The notes beneath the pieces were generated by a model, which had not been told where the DNA came from, did not search any database, and was given only the letters and a program-made list of their open reading frames with translations. Source: Felis catus (Eukaryota). Taken from it: a stretch of DNA of 64,000 nt. Location: contig NC_058373.1 of the NCBI RefSeq assembly GCF_018350175.1, positions 112,966,001-113,030,000 of the forward strand, in the 5' to 3' direction. The position numbers and the translations under genes are program-made. Below, piece by piece: positions 15,301 through 26,549 of this stretch (positions within the stretch are counted from its first letter, which is position 1; the number at the start of each line of letters is the position of its first letter).

Positions 15301-16778
15301 ATTTATTTTCATTCCATATGTGACTGATTCTTTCACCTGTCTTCTGGCACAGGCTTAGTTTTGTTGAACTGAAGAAGCATTTGATCCTTATCTATTATAT
15401 ATGAGGCACCATGGCAGACTCTGAGAGAGATTAAAAATACATAATAGGACATCACCTGGCCTCAAGAGATGGGCCCAAATAACATAAAGTAAAATGTTAT
15501 AGGTGCTTTCAGAGAAAAGTGGAGAATATAGTTTTAGCTCAAGAGACAAAATCATGAAAGAGTCTATGAAGGAAGCAGTCTTTGAGTTAGGAAAAGGGAA
15601 ATAAGAATATCCTGGGTACAGGATACAGTAAGAGCAAAATTGAAGAATAAGACAGTGTTGGGCATATTCAATTTAGGAATAGTGAGAGATGCAGCTGGAA
15701 AGCAAAGCAGGATCCAGATTATGGAAGTCTTGGGTCATCTAAGGAGGCTGGATAGTACAGACCTCCTTTTGGCAGGTAAGAGCCACTGAAAGACAAATAA
15801 CGAAATGAGTGTTATGTTTTAGAACGATTACTCTGACTGCAATCTCTAAGAGAGCTGCAGCAGGCTACAGGTAGGAAATCATTATAATGGTCTGGGGTGA
15901 AATGTGTCAGTCTTAAACCTAGGGGGGGGGGGGAAAAAGCCAGATGGAAACAAGGATGTGAATATGCAGTTAACAAGATTTATTGGACTGACTGTGGGGA
16001 CAAGAGAAAAAAACAAAAACAAAAAACAACAACAACAACTGAGGATGACAGAGTTTGAGAGGCAACTTAACTAGGAGGTAATGAGTCCATGAAACAAGCT
16101 GGGAAAATGAATTACAGGAAATCTGGAAGGCAATGATGAAGAAACCAGCTATTAAATACTGCACCTGGAATCAAAAGCCCTAGGTTTGAGTTCTAACTGC
16201 ACTTCCTCTGTTCCACGGATGTGTCATTTAATGTCTCTGGACCTCAAGCTTCTTCAGCTGCCAAATATGTGTGCATATGGGTGAGGAATTGAAGAGGGCA
16301 TGGTTAGCTGTCTCAAGACCCTTTCAGCTGTTATGACTTTATAAGCTGACATGTTTATAGTCTTGGTGGCCCATCTTTGTAAATTTAGCAGGCAGCTTAA
16401 AATGGGGCTCTGAGAATCAGGAGCTAAGCAAAGGTAGAGCAAACATGCAGTGACGTTTGTCACACTCAGCTTGTTAAATCATGAGGATGGTACAATATAC
16501 AAATTTGGCTTGCAGTTTTCACAAAGTATTAATTATTTTTCCTGTTTTTTTTCTTTTCCATGTACTTTCTTATTCTTTCCACTTTTCTCTCCTGTCTTCC
16601 CATTTTTCCTTACTTAGGCTTGCATAGTATTTTGATTTTCCCTCTGCTTAGCATTTCTTTCCCCCTTTTTACAGTCCTCTAAATCACTTCTTTTTGCCCT
16701 TTCATACCCTTACTCACACTTAACACTTTTTACCCCAAGAAGAGCAAGGATTAGTAGAATCTTAATCCCTTGTTCCAT
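12305..16778 (-). pseudogene. candidate disabled antisense gene (exons 16778-16718, 14721-14513, 12397-12305) for a ~120-aa signal-peptide protein
   Basis: Phase-compatible splice sites give one reading frame interrupted by two stops (14633-14635, 14618-14620). See findings. Confidence 0.35.
14094..14122 (+). CDS. GARIN2: probable 29-nt GARIN2 coding exon (RSMRTDSGTS), phase 2 to 1
   Basis: Acceptor tttatttttgcAG (14092-14093), donor CAG|GTATGG (14123). Stop-free continuation of the phase-2 exon ending at 4820. Confidence 0.65.
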
Positions 16779-18777
16779 TGAATTTAGACTAAATGTAGAC
16801 TAAAAATGAGTCTGCGAATCTGATTTCTATTCTAGGCAGTAGCCAGAATAGTAACTGCTCCCCACTGCAATAAAACAAAACCCTGGTCCTATTAACCTGG
16901 TCAGATTCACATTCACCCAACTCCAGGCAATGCTACCTGAGGACCATGGTCTCTTATTCATGTCTCAAACCACTCAGCAGTTTGACAAAAGGACACTTTT
17001 TCTCCTTTCTGAGTAAGGCTTTGGGTAAAGTGGACTCTGAATGTACTGTTTTCATGAAAAGGCTGCAGGAAGAGCCTAGGCTAACACTGTCTCTCAGGAT
17101 CTGGGTCCATCTGTCCCTTTTCTTGACTTTTAATTTCTTACCTATCTAGGTTTTACTCACTTTAGCTCTGTTGATCTCTTTACGGTGAGCCCAAACTTAG
17201 GCTTACCTTTGATCCTATAGTATTTTCCCAAGATGGAAAGCAATCAGACAAAGGATAGACATCCAAGAAATAGAGAAGGGAAAACTGCTACCAAACACCG
17301 GGAATTTCCTCCCCATTTATATCCATCTTTCTTTTCCACTTTCCTCTTAACTATTGCAAATCAAATTCTTTGCAATCTTAAGCAGCCATGTTCATTCTGT
17401 TTATGAAACCCAGTCTAAAAAAGAGAAAGGATGGAAGAACCCTAACAAGGAAACTGTGAAATTTAACAATGGGCTCCATTGGGAAAAATAAAGACATTTT
17501 TAAATTTAAGACCAAATTGAGTTCTCTCTCCTGTGCTTTTCTCTCTTGCTTTTGGCTTTTTTTTCTTTCTTCTTCACTTCCCCTCTCTAATGATCTCTAT
17601 TTCACTTTCCTCACTATTTTTCTTTTCGCCCTCTGGCTCCCTCCTCTCATGTCAAATCTTTTACCTCCCTCAAACTTGTGCCTCATCTGTCTCCCCCTTT
17701 CTCAGGGGAATGGATGTGAGGAATGGAAAGTAAAAGAAAAGGCCAATGGAAAAAAACATGTAAGACAACCTAAAGGTAATTTTTTACAATTATAAGTTGC
17801 TATAGATGATAAAGGACAGACATGACACTTTCACAAAAAGTTGTCAATAAATTGAATCTTTTGACATTGAATCTTATTGCTTCTATTGTAGTAACAATAG
17901 AGGTGAAATGGAATGTTGAGGGTTCATTGTAGTTTCTGCTCTAGAATCCTTCAAGTGTCGAAATGTAATGTCGCACAGGGATTAGGGGAGCTTCAGGTGA
18001 GGCACTAGAAGAATATTACTTGCTGCTGCTTTTACAAGTGATTCCATCATTCTCATCCCTATTCTTTCTCTTTGTTCCCTCCTCAAACTCTTTTCCAACC
18101 TTGGCAGGAACAACATGGCCATATCTCATCTGGGCTCTGATGTTGGAATTGAGGTGCCCACCCATCTTTCCACTCTTCTGTGTCACTCTGCCACCACAGT
18201 CAGCTTAGCATTTGGGCACTTATTAATAGGAACTCACCCAGATGCACACCATGGGCCAGACGTAATGCACCAGAGGAAAATAGTGTAGCCAAAAGATAAA
18301 AGCCCATGCACAATACCCCCTGGCCTCTCTGCACACTCCTTCGTCTAGGCCTGTTCTTTCATCATTTCTTTCCTCCCATAAGTGTGCTCTTAATATTGTT
18401 CTATGGTGGCGGTGGACAGTAAAGGAGGCACTCAGGGTGATGTGTGTTGGTACCTAGGGAGGGTCCCAACCCCTGTCATTTCTCAATATATTACAGCATT
18501 TAGAAAGAGAAATTCATTTAAAGATAACTCAATATTCTACAATGATCCCATCTTTTGACTGATATTTTCTATAATGATGAAATTTCAAACCCCAGGGTCT
18601 TATGAAGAGAGATCTGCAAATGCAAAGAAGGGCAAAAATAGTAATATACATACCATATTTAAATCTTGGCTTCTAAAATTTAAAAAGTGGCTCCCAGATA
18701 TTTAAATTGTGAACTGCTGATATATAAGAAAAAGTAGATGATTAAAAAAATTTTTTTTCTTTTTTTTCTTTTTTTTT

Positions 18778-18808
<31 letters not shown>

Positions 18809-19525
18809 CAAAGCATGAGCAGGGAGGGGCAGAAAGAGAAGGAGACACAGAATCTGAAGCAGGCTCCAGGCTCTGAGCTGTCAGCACAGAGTCCACATGG
18901 GGCTCAAACTCATGAGCTGTGAGATCATGACTTGAGCTGAAGTCAGACGCTTAACCGACTGATCCACCCAGGTGCCCCAGATGATTTTTTTTGATGGTGA
19001 AAAATTTTGGGTACTAATCAAGACTTCATATTATCACAACTGAAAAAGTAGGAAAGTTACTTGGCCCCTTATTTATAGTGAGCATATATTATGTGTATGT
19101 AAATATATATATATGACTTATTTTAGGACTCAGACTAGGACAGATCAAGGACTTGCAAATAATTCAGTGACACATCTATAAATTTTAAAGACTAAAGCCC
19201 ATAATCTTAATCTTGGCATCTTGATTTATTAGATTCTTATATGAGTAGAAACAACCTTTAAAAACAAAAAATTTAAGAAATTATAAGAGGTTCCTTTAAC
19301 ATCACTTCAACCTCTAGATTTAAAAAATGAGATCTTATCTGTCCAAAGGATCTTTACTGTTAGATTAAGAAGAGAAGCTATATTAAAAATGCAATTTTAC
19401 TTATTTCAATCACTTATTTTACTTATATTTAGTTTTTTAATGTTTTACACTTAACAGTAATAACTTTAAAAATATTTTGTGTTTTAGACCTTTGAATTGA
19501 ACTGACTTTTCCATCTTTTTGGCAG

Positions 19526-19548
19526 ATAAATACAAACTACTAAACTAA
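19526..19548 (+). CDS. GARIN2: tentative GARIN2 terminal coding exon (DKYKLLN*) followed by a short 3'UTR
   Basis: Acceptor ctgacttttccatctttttggcAG (19524-19525) with a CTGAC branch-like motif. Phase-1 entry gives G|AT AAA TAC AAA CTA CTA AAC TAA. AATAAA follows at 19620-19625. Confidence 0.45.
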
Positions 19549-19619
19549 AAAATAAGAACAACTCAAGAAATAATAACCAACAGAAGAGAAAAACAAGGCA
19601 GTGTCTTCCATGTGGCAGA

Positions 19620-19625
19620 AATAAA
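19620..19625 (+). terminator. candidate polyadenylation signal of GARIN2
   Basis: AATAAA about 70 nt after the putative stop codon at 19546-19548. Confidence 0.4.
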
Positions 19626-20639
19626 GGCTACTACTAATCAATCATTAAGTATTTAAATCCATGCCAATCTAATTTCTTACATCTTGATCATTATAATTGG
19701 GGATATCAGTTTTAAAGGAAAAGTAGAGAAACATACAGAACTATTAAGGTTTTCAAATTATAAACTCAATTTTTATCTATAGGGCTTCTTTGCTTTGGAG
19801 TTATTGGTTAAATTTGTTATTCTCTTTGGTTTTACTTTTCTCACTTGGACATTAGCCCAACTCTGTGTTGTTTCTAACATTAAGCACTATGAGGTCCTTG
19901 AAGGGGGACCATGGTCTTTAAGTCTTTGTGTTCTAAGTGTTGAGCACATGGCCTGAGAGACAGTATTTGCTGAATCAATGAGTGCCACTTCCAAACAGGT
20001 TTTTTAAAACTCCTATACTTAAAAAAAAGAAAAAAGTTTATTTATTTTGAGAGAGAGAGAGAGTGCACACGCACAAATACACAACAGGGGAGGGTCACAG
20101 GAGAGGGCAAAAGAATCCCAAGCAGGCTCCATGCTATCAGCACAGGGCCCAATGTGGGGCTCAGTCCCATGAACCATGAGATCATGACCTGAGCTGAAAT
20201 CAAGAGCTGGATGCTTAACCAGCTGAGTCATCCAGGCACCCCTAAAACTCCTATGCTTTTAAATATAGAAAAAGAATTACATACAGTCCCTATCCGAAGA
20301 ATAGTTTGGATTTTTAAAAGCCACCACTTACTCCTTTTCAAAAAGCTGCCAGTCATTCTACAATGTGCTTTGCATGCTTTCTCAATCTTCACAATCTAAA
20401 GGGGTATTATTACTTTTCTCTTTTATAGATAGGTGGTGAAAGTAGAGCTTACCCAAGTTACTTGTTCAAAATCATGTAGCTGGGGAAAAAAGATATATAC
20501 ATAGAAGATCTCTCTCTCTCTTTCTCTCTCTCTCTCAAATTTCACACAAATTGTACTGGTATTTCTACTGTGTCCTGAGTCGCAACAAGGAATATGTCTC
20601 ACCTCCATTTTCTCCTTCTTGTCCCACAGACAAATCTCT

Positions 20640-21095
20640 AGAACTATATGGTCCAGTATGGTAGCAACTGGGTCTATGTGGCCACTGAGCACTTGAAATG
20701 TGGCTAGTGCAACTGAGAAACTTAATTTTAAATTTCTTTTAATTGTAATTAAATTTAAATTTAAAAGCTGAAGCAGCATAGAATTTTTTTCATTAAACAT
20801 AAATTTATTGTTTTGGTACGGCTACATTTTTTCACTTTAACTGTTGAAAATTTAGCACCTGAATTGAGATATATTTTCAGTATATGATATACATCAGATT
20901 TTGAAGACTTAGTACAAAAAAAATAAGAAAATATCTCAATAATTATATTCATTATGTGTTTAAATTACAGTATTTTGGATATATCAGGTTAAAACTTATA
21001 AATTAATTTCATGCTTCCTTTTACTTTCTTCATTAGCTACTAAATAATATCTCACAAAATTACATATGTGCTAACATTACATTTCTATTGGACAG
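20640..21095. mobile_element. hAT-Charlie element of the MER3/MER33 group
   Basis: gtccagtatggtagc..actgagcacttgaaatgtggctagtgcaactgagaaact..catttctattggacag. Confidence 0.7.
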
Positions 21096-24000
21096 GAAAA
21101 TCCTCTTTCCATTCCCCTCGGCTCACAATCCCAGGGAATTACTCTTCCTCTTATCTTTGCTCCAGAGGTAAAAGGCATTTCTTTCCCATTTCCACAATCA
21201 AGAATGAAATAGAAGGGGTGCCTGGGTGGCTCAGTCAGTTGAGCATCTGACTTCGGCTCACGTCATGATCTGACCGCTTGTGGGTTGGAGCCCCGCGTAA
21301 AGCTCTGTGTTGACAGCTCAGAGCCTGGATCCTGCTTCAGATTCTGCGTCTCTGTCTCTCTCTATGAGTTCATGACCTGAGCTGAAATCAAGAGTCAGAT
21401 GCTCAATCAACTGAGTCACCCAGGTGCCCCTAAATGTTTTCATTTAAATGAACCACTTTCCTTGTACCATTTGCAATTAACCACGCCCCCCCCCAACTCC
21501 CACCCCAGCCTACTCTCACCCCTTACAACCACTGAATGGATTTTACCTTCTAAAGATTTGGATTTTTTGATGAGGAAAAAAGTTTGTAAATCCCAGATAT
21601 CTGTTTCCACTGAGTTTTTGCAAATTCCTAGTTAGAATTACCTCCTTTATCTGATCTGTAATTTCCATCAGAAACTGTTCCTCCGACTGACTTCCTTGAC
21701 CCTGTCTCATGGCAGGGGTATGTCTGCTTTGAACTGACACATCCATTAAAGAATCACACATATAATAAGACCTTATAATCACTTAGATGTTAGAAAAAAG
21801 ATATCTAAGCTTGTCAGAGACTTCTGTCAGTTCAGGAATAAAAGTGAAGTGCAACTTCAATTTTGACTTTTGAAGGAGCTTTCTGCCTTCTAATTCTCAG
21901 CTGTATTAATTAAATGAGGGATTATTGAGGCGCCTGGGTGGCTCGGTCGGTTAAGCGTCCGACTTCGGCTCAGGTCATGATCTCACAGTCCGTGAGTTTG
22001 AGTCCCACATCGGGCTCTGTGCTGACAGCTCAGAGCCTGGAGCCTGTTTCAGATTCTGTGTCTCCCTCTCTCTCTGCCCCTCCCCTGTTCATGCTCTGTC
22101 TTTCTCTGTCTCAAAAATAAATAAACGTTTAAAAAATAAATAAATAAATGAAGGATTATTATAGTAGTTAAAATCAACCATGAAGCATAGGAGGAGGTGG
22201 TAAAGAGCAAATAGTTTTCTTTTCCTTTTTCTTTTTGCATTTGCCATACTCTCTCCCTTCTTCACCACACAGAGGACCACTTAGGAACAAAAACAATCAT
22301 CTTTAGACAGAAGTTATTCCTAAAAAAGTTCTGACATGTTAAATTTGTAATGCTCATTAGAAATTCTAATGGCAATGTTGAGCCAACAGTTGAATACATG
22401 ATTCTGGAGTTTGCAGCAGAAGTTCAGACTAGAGATCAATTTAAAATTGACAGTGTAGGGTCACCTGGTTGGCTCAGTCAGTTAAGTGTCTGACTTTGGC
22501 TCAGGTCATGATCTCAAAGTTTCTGAGTTTGAGCCCTGCATCAGGCACCGTGGAGCCTGCTTGGGATTCTCTCTCTCTCCATCTCTCTCTCCACCCCTCC
22601 CTCTCTTTCTCTCTCAACAGAAATAAACTTAAAAAAAAAATTGACAGTGTATAGATGGAATTTAAAGCCATGATATCAGATGAAATCATGTAGGGAGTGA
22701 ACGATGAAGAATATGATAAGAATAAGGACAAATGATTAATGCATTCAGTGTAGAACACTGTTATAAGCACTTTACATATATATTCAGTCTTTACAACCAC
22801 TGTAGTAGGTAGCTACTTTCATGATCCTTAATTTATAAATGAGGAAACTGAATCTTGGAGAAATTATTTTCTTTTGATCAAACGGTCAGCAAGTGGTAGA
22901 GCTGGGATTGAAAGCCAGGCAGAGAGGAAGTAAACACTGAATGTTAGAATCTTGGGACACTCCAATTTTAAGCATTCAGGGAGATAAAGAACCAGCAAAG
23001 GAGATGAGGAGGAGGTTCCAGTGGGTAGGAAGAGAAGCTCTTTTCAAGAGCCCAGAGGATAAAATGGAGAAAATGCTCAGTGGCATCCAATGCTGCTGGC
23101 AAGTCAAAGTAAGATGAGAACCAAACATTAACATTTGCATTTAACAAAGTGGCTCTAATTAATGACTTTGACAAAGGTTATTTTGAAGCAGTGGTGGAGT
23201 TAAAGCTCAGAGTCAGTCCAAGAGAGGATAAAAGAGGCATTTAAGTTCAACTCTGGAGTTCAGCACAGATAACATCCCATTCCCAGTCACAGATATTCAC
23301 ATATAGATATGAATTAAAGCAGCAGCAAAGATTTGTTGTACAGACAAAATAGAGATTTGATTGGGAGCTTAGTGAGGAAAAGATATGGGAAATTTTTATA
23401 GCTATTTTCAAAGAGAACAAACTTGATTTCCTTTCTCTTGGCATTAAGTCTTGATCTTTCCTTCATTTAAAAAATTTCCAAGGGGTTGGCTCAGTTGGTT
23501 AAGTGTCTCACTCTTGATTTCCGCTCAGGTCAAGATCTCGTGGTTCGTGGGTTTGAGCCTCATATGGGGCTCTGTGCTGACGGTGCAGAGCCTGTTTGGG
23601 ATTTCTCTATCCCTCTCTCTCAAAATAAATAAATTAAAAAATTTTTTTTCAAAGCTCCGAATTTGTCTACCTCCTCTCTTCAAAATAAAATTTTTCCAGG
23701 ACCATGTTTTATGTGTCTACTCATCCCCAGCCTGGCACAGAACCATCCAGTAAGGTACAAATGAAAGTGTGATAAATGACTCACATCCTAAATACTGAAT
23801 ATCTTACCCTGAAATTATGGTTGATACTTGTTGTTCCCATAATAAGCCCATACTTTTCTTTGCGTACTTCACCTATTTAAATTGATAAACGTTTTTTACT
23901 CATCTTTTTAAAGTCATGTACAAGACCTTGGTTTTTCTATTATTGAAGGTATTTTCATAATAGTTTATTCTCTATTCCTTTCTTTGTCACCCATCATTAC

Positions 24001-25509
24001 ATAGTATAAGACTTTACCTTTGAGTCCACAGAACACCTTATTTTCATTTGCCATACTTTCCTAATGTATTTTATCTATATGGGATTGTCTTGTCCCTTTC
24101 CCAAGCTGCCTGTTAATTCCTCCCGGATGAGAACTGTCACGTTTTAATTCCTTACAGTACAGCAAGTATCAGTATATATTTTTTGAATTAATGTGTGAAT
24201 AGTAAAGCTATTTGAGTTGAATGATACTGACCTGTATTAAATAATACTGCCGCTAACCTTAGACAGTGGGACCTCTCATTCCGCATGGCAACAACTGCAT
24301 AATGCTTTTAGCTTAGAGACATAATTTTTTTAGCTAGATGAAAGGTGAAGAAACACATCAAAATAATAACTAAACATAATGAAATTCAAAAACTTCAGGG
24401 CTTGTTGGTTTGCGTTCTTTAACTTTTTAAATGTTTATTTATTTTTGAGAGAGAACAGACAGAGAGTGCGCACGCAAATGCACGGGGTGGTAGGGAGGGG
24501 CAGAGAGAGAGAGGGAGATACAGAATCCAAAGCAGGCTCCAGGCTCCAAGCTGTCAGCACAGAACCTGACATGGGGCTCCAATCCACAGACCATGAGATC
24601 ATGACCTGAGCTGAAGTCAGATGCTTAACCAACTGAGCCACCCAGGCACCCCTGTTGGTTTGCTTTTTTTGGCTATTTTATACTTTTTAAATATATGTAG
24701 TTAATAATGAACTCACCTACTAATTGCTTATTTCATAACATACATGAATCAGTGAGTATTCTTTTAGTTTACATTATTTCTGATCTCTGGTTCATACAAT
24801 TATAGAGATTAGGCTGCCAACTCAGTTATGGAAACAGCTTTCACTAGTGCCTAGAGGTAAGAAAACCAGAGGGATATTGATTATATCCTTTAGTTAAGGA
24901 TTTCCCATATAATGGTGAATGGTAGAATCTTGAAAATTGAGATTTCAGATCTGTTGCAAATGTCTGAAATGAAATATTAACATATTTCCTCAAGACTTTA
25001 ATGAAATAAAATAGTATAACATATCATATAAACATATAACAGAGGCTGTTGGCAGATGCCAAAATAAGGAAGGCAGAAGGGTATTTGCTGCCATTACTTT
25101 CCACTGTACACTTGACTTTACAGTTTGCCTTTTACTACTTCACCCAAAATACTTAGTTACAAATTTGCCAGAGTGATTCAGTGGGTGAACTTCCCTATGA
25201 CAAGAATGAATGACTCTTTTGAGGTTTTAAACCACAGATTACCCATTTCATTCTTTTTTAAGGATGAATACTATATTTTCTAGCCCCCTAAGCCATCCAT
25301 GTTACATTCCATATACAGAGGCTACCAGAATTTTAAATCTAAAACCAAACAAACAAGACCCGGAAACAAGAAACATATTACAGATGAGAAAATTTAGGCC
25401 CAGGAATCTTGTCATGTATCCCAGAAGTAGTTATCATCAAATCACAGAACTAGTTATCATCAAAACTACAACTCAAATAGAATCACCTTACCTCCACTTT
25501 CTATACCTT

Positions 25510-25575
25510 TTCTTCTTCTTCTTCTTCTTCTTCTTCTTCTTCTTCTTCTTCTTCTTTTTCTTCTTCTTCTTCTTC
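25510..25575. repeat. (TTC)n/(GAA)n microsatellite, ~22 units with one interruption
   Basis: Seen directly; produces the poly-Phe run in ORF 25264..25590. Confidence 0.97.
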
Positions 25576-25967
25576 TGCACACAAGGATAGTAATTTGAAT
25601 GATTTGGGGATTCTGGGAATGTAATATTTAGCAGAGAATACATTTTTTTTTTAATCTGCCATTGGGTCCACCCTCTTTTAAAACGAAAATACCTTTAGGA
25701 AGTAAAAATAATATTTGGAAAGCACTTTAGAAAGGTATTTCCCCATATTTTGAGATCAGTAGCTGCTCTCTCACACAGATAGTGATCACCATTCTATTAG
25801 GGTGGGGTCCTGTGACAGAGTCCAAGCAGCTGGTGAAGCAAGGCTAGGTAGCTGGAGGGTTCATTTGGGCGGTGGTGTTTTGTAAACCTGCTTGGGGCCA
25901 GGCAATTGGAAGATATGGGTAAAGAGTGACTATCTTCCTAAGGGGCCATTTCTCTGAACAGGTAGAT

Positions 25968-26177
25968 CAGTGGTTCTTAACTGCAGGCGATTTTGCCACC
26001 AGAGGACCTTTGGCAACGTCTAGAGACATTTTGCTGGTCACCAATGGGGGTAGTGGTACTACTGGCACCCAATAGGGAGAGACCAGGGATGCTGCTAAAC
26101 ACCCTACAATGCACCGAACAGCCCCCATGACAAATTAGCTGGTCCAAATTCAATAGCGCTAAGACTGGGAAACCCTG
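25968..26177 (+). mobile_element. MER20 (hAT-Charlie) DNA transposon
   Basis: cagtggttcttaac..gcgattttgcc..tttggcaacgtctagagacatttt..ccagggatgctgctaaacaccctacaatgcac..gggaaaccctg. Confidence 0.85.
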
Positions 26178-26549
26178 TGCCAGAGGAAGAACTCACTGAG
26201 GAGCTTAGAAGAAGCTTCTTGAATTATTATTTACTTTACGCATTTAAGAGAAAATAGGTCACATACACGCCTTTTTTATTTCCTTTTTGGATGTGACTAA
26301 CCGTTTCTAAGGAGTCCTGGAGACTTTTTGTGGATTTCCTTGCACTGCATACGGGGTGGCCCAGGTAACTAATGCATTCACTCGAGTTTTGTGAAACAGC
26401 TGTGGCCCTTCTTCCTTTCCGTTTTTCAGAACTCGGTCCTAGCTGCTAGCTTTTTGGAGTTTTCTGCCGTAACAGAGAATTCTGTGGGACGCTACACATA
26501 TCCAGGTGTTTAAGTATGTCATGGTTCTTTAAACAAATGTTAGATTGTG

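Noticed and set aside
15970..16164. Hydrophobic minus-strand ORF as part of the antisense gene
   Set aside because: Overlaps L2-like and simple-repeat sequence and lacks a convincing donor.
17985..18613. One long decayed minus-strand coding exon
   Set aside because: The continuous phase-1 frame has about as many stops as random sequence; only sub-segments are kept as exon candidates.
25264..25590. 108-aa ORF with a poly-Phe run
   Set aside because: Produced by the (TTC)n microsatellite and a MIR-like remnant; no splice or homology support.
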